A stretch of 64,000 nucleotides of DNA, from assembly GCA_002633005.1 (NCBI GenBank), contig NMRA01000358.1:124001-188000 (forward strand), given 5' to 3'. The stretch comes from Phoronis australis. Its lineage: Eukaryota; Animalia; Phoronida. The position numbers and the translations under genes are program-made. This document shows, piece by piece, positions 60,291 through 64,000 of this stretch. A model generated the notes under the pieces. The model searched no databases, was not told the origin of the DNA, and saw nothing but the letters and a program-made list of their open reading frames with translations. Every line of letters starts with the position of its first letter. Positions within the stretch are counted from its first letter, which is position 1.

Positions 60291-63200
60291 ACCACCCATG
60301 AATTTTTATTTCTACTGCCGTCCCCCCCTCCCACACGGATTTTACTGGAACAGCAATTAGTCAGCTATGCCAATGGGAGCTTATTCTGGATATACACCAT
60401 CACTAATGAAGGGAGTACTGTGTACGCCCTTATGTAGGCCCGAAAGTGTGGCGAGGTTTGCAATGCTGCCTTTACCTTACGCGTCGGATTATCTTCTGCT
60501 TCACCTCGTGTCATGTTCAGACAATGAATGACCTTGATCGAAGGTCATTCAAGCAGCAGCCCATTACAGTAACCGATGCATTTTGGTCCATTTTTATATG
60601 TTCGGACACTGTTGGCCAACTACTACACACACTGGGTGCAATAGGGCAAGACAAGTTAAATTGTATTTTTTCACTTTTTTCATCTAATATGTGAAACATC
60701 AAATTTGCTTCGCAGTTTTCGTACCATATTTAGCTTAAGAAAAGAACCTTAAAAATTATGGGCATTCACAATAATGTTAGCAGACCTTGGAAAATGAAAA
60801 AGGGTTTATCGTAGGCTTATACCAGTACCAGACTCCAAGTGAACCCGAGTTAGTTCAGAGTTGCGATAAAGTCATTTTCAACAAACTTTGTTCCAACCAA
60901 ATTAAAACTACTTGAAAAGCTAGAAGACAGACAATGAAAGTAGTAGAAAATAATTATTTTATTACCAACACCAGAACCATTTTATGGTAAACATTTCGAG
61001 TGATCACATTTCAGATGAATGCTCAGAAACTGGAGATCAACAATGCACAAGTAAACGGCTTAATGTATATGGGTGTGAAATCGCAGATAATTGGTTGAAC
61101 AGTCTTGCAGTTTGCAGACAAAATTTTGACCGTCCCAAGCTAAAAGATGCGCTGGCTACTCGGGAGGTTCTATCATAACAATTGGATGATCATCAACCTG
61201 CCTTTTGTAACTAATTGCAGTTTCTTCAATGGAATGCCGCAAGTTTATTGTCATTAAATGATAACTTGCACAGTACATAGAGGCTACCAAGAAGATACAC
61301 ATTCCTTTTGAGTAACCGTGTACAGTCTCATGACTGGCCACTTCCACATTCCAATTAGGAAGCAGCACCAATTGTAATTATGCAATTAGAAACTCAGCCC
61401 GTTTCACTGCAACTACTTTGTCAACAGATTAGTACAATTCTTGGTGTCGCCAAGAGGCCTGTTTATTGGAGACGCTGGCCCTAGGTCCTCAAGTGGGGAG
61501 AAGAACTGCATTAGCGATGGCTTCACAGTAAAAAACAGTGGTTAAAAATAGTGTTTTTTCCAACTATTTGGATTCTGAAATTGAATTCCTCGTACAAATT
61601 AAGCTAGGGTAGCTTTGTACTCAAAGAAATAACAAAATTAGCCAATAACTATATGCTTTAAGCTTCAGTTCTCTAGCATCCATTGACGAACAGTGTAAGA
61701 AACTCTTTGAACCATGTCATAGATAATTGGCCTGGGAGTCATCAGACCACACAAAAGCACACAGGAACACTAAATAATGGGTTAGATTTATATCAGAACT
61801 AGCCTCGTCTGGAGACCAAGTGGGAGGTTTTTGTAATGTTTACACACTCTGCCCACTTCCAACCTGTTTTATAAATTTTGAAACTGCAATTGCACAGGGT
61901 CAGTTTTATCAATTAGCAATCCAATCCACACATTTTCATCTAGAATAAGGTTCAAATTCCCCCCTTAATGAAAGTGTTGACTTTGTAAATTGGATGAACT
62001 CTGGCAAAGTTGAGACATATAGCAGAGGGTGTGCACCAGAACATACATGTACTGCTTCCACAAATGTAACTTCCTTTTCGACACCTTGATTACAAATTGC
62101 TTCTCCAAGTACTGACATGTCTAGATCTGATGTGTTATGCCATGAAATGCACCATCTCACCTGGCTTTACATTTGGCTACCAATTTTAACCCAGAATTTC
62201 GTTTACTTGCATTTCACAACATAGTACGGCACATTACATTATTAAGTTAAAGTGGCAATTCCAGTGCCCAACAATTTTTGCATGATTATTTAGACAAGAA
62301 AACATTGTTATATCTTACAGAGCCACACACCCGCATGTGCTTCCTATTCAAATGGATAACACCAGCTGATAATCTAGAAGAGTCAACTGCTAAGTGCGAC
62401 TATTGCACAATAGATGTCATCTTTGCATTAGTCTGCATGTAATGCCATAGCTCTGCCGATCAAGCGATCTGTCATTGGAGCACACTGCTTCAGTGCCTTC
62501 CTCTCATACAGCAAATGTCTGAAAAGAAAACAAAAGCATGACATGCATGACTAGATAAATGGCAATAAGAACCAGCAAAACACACGTCAAGCCAGGGATT
62601 GTTTAAGAGCTCATTGGTATACATGCAAAGCATTCTAGTGCCAGCACAAGTCAAAATATGTTGATTATCACGAACACAGTAGAAAAAAAACAGCAAACTC
62701 GACAAAACCAGTACAAAACAGGCGACAGTTATGGTATCTCATGTTTACAAAGCAATCAACACTTCTGAAAACTCATGGTTGTTCACATTAGGAAACTAGT
62801 TCATTCGTTTGACAATGGCAGGTTTTGATCATGAAATCTAGTGAATGGAAACTAGTCCCATATATGTGTCCATGGTATAGACTTGAGCATGCCCAGACCC
62901 TGTGCACTCGTATGGAGGAACATTAAGTAAGCAAACAAGTCAATTAAATTGCTCCCTATGGAGACCGAACAATGAAATGCTTAAAATCGCGAGTAGTTGA
63001 CGAAATCATTATTTCCAAATAAATTCTATCGGTACGTCAATGATGCTGCGTTTCAGATAATTCATCAAATCAGCTCTTATCAGATTTCGGTTTTGTTGGG
63101 CTGTCGATGCCAAGCGATCTGCGACTTTGTGAAATAGTAAAAGTAGTAAAACTAAAATGATGAGCGTCGGTACTAAAATATATTAAAATATCCCCACATA

Positions 63201-64000
63201 TCGAGCGATGCGCTCTTTGTCGAGGGTGTGCTACAGTTTTACTAATTTATATTTTTATCCATCGGTAACTGCACGGCATTCCAGCATCTAAGTGATTGTA
63301 CGAGATTTTAATGGCACTAAGGCTTCATCTGAAATAATTTAAAGACTCACTTTTATATCCAGATACCAAGAACATGAAAACTATCTCTGCTAAGACAAAT
63401 TTTAAGGTTAAGTCAATTTCAAGATAAACCATAAGTTTGTTTTAATTAGTCCATTACAAGAAAGTGATCTTAACTTCAAATGACTTAGTTTTTGACACAA
63501 GTTTTGTCTTAAACTAACTTTACCATTTGTGAAAGGTTAACATTTTGGGGGTTGAGACAAAAATCTTAAACTATAAGTAAAAAATGAACTTAAGTTGGTT
63601 TCTCAGAACAGGCTCCTTAGTTACTTCTATACTAACAGTATCAATACTGACCCTACTTTGTGAAAACAAGCCAGGTTGTTATAATTACCGCCGCATTTTT
63701 ACCAACCAAATTGGCATTTTACAGTGTACTCCAAAATTAAGCATTCGAGGTTCTCAAAAAGATATTATGAGTCTGTGACAATCCTAAATATATTGCGAAA
63801 GACATAATTTGACAATCCAATCAATAACGTTCAAAAATTTTGAAATTTTGCTTTTGTTTGCACTCTCGTGCTTGTACACTAACATGGTAAAGCCATGTGA
63901 ATTGATTTGCTTACTCTACAACGTTAAGTATTCAAGATAGTGGACGAAACCTTGGACTCACGAATTACATATATTTTCTTGAGAAAAGAGAGTCAAACTC

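Noticed and set aside
60500-64000. Short ORFs and possible MITE ends (about 62940-63620)
   Set aside because: No recognisable protein motifs or phase-consistent exon chain, and paired terminal inverted repeats could not be established.

Overview
Eukaryotic, intron-rich marine-invertebrate DNA. It is probably lophotrochozoan or molluscan, inferred from the repeat families rather than proven. Three spliced genes can be rebuilt with phase-consistent GT-AG exons: the last 14 exons of a CEP95 (CCDC45)-like centrosomal protein gene (+, 985-13918, containing one U12-type intron), a complete 18-exon ATP-dependent 6-phosphofructokinase gene (-, 52594-18645, about 855 aa), and 4-exon RPL19 (+, 52995-57625). 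PFK lies head-to-head with RPL19 and tail-to-tail with CEP95. The introns hold HINE/Pearl-like elements, MITEs, a decayed Penelope GIY-YIG remnant with a hammerhead-like motif, many minisatellites and several haplotype-duplicated segments next to single Ns. The most striking pattern is that at least 8 mutually unrelated minisatellites are built from copies of the exon-intron junction they touch, so they carry arrays of decoy splice sites that decay into the intron.
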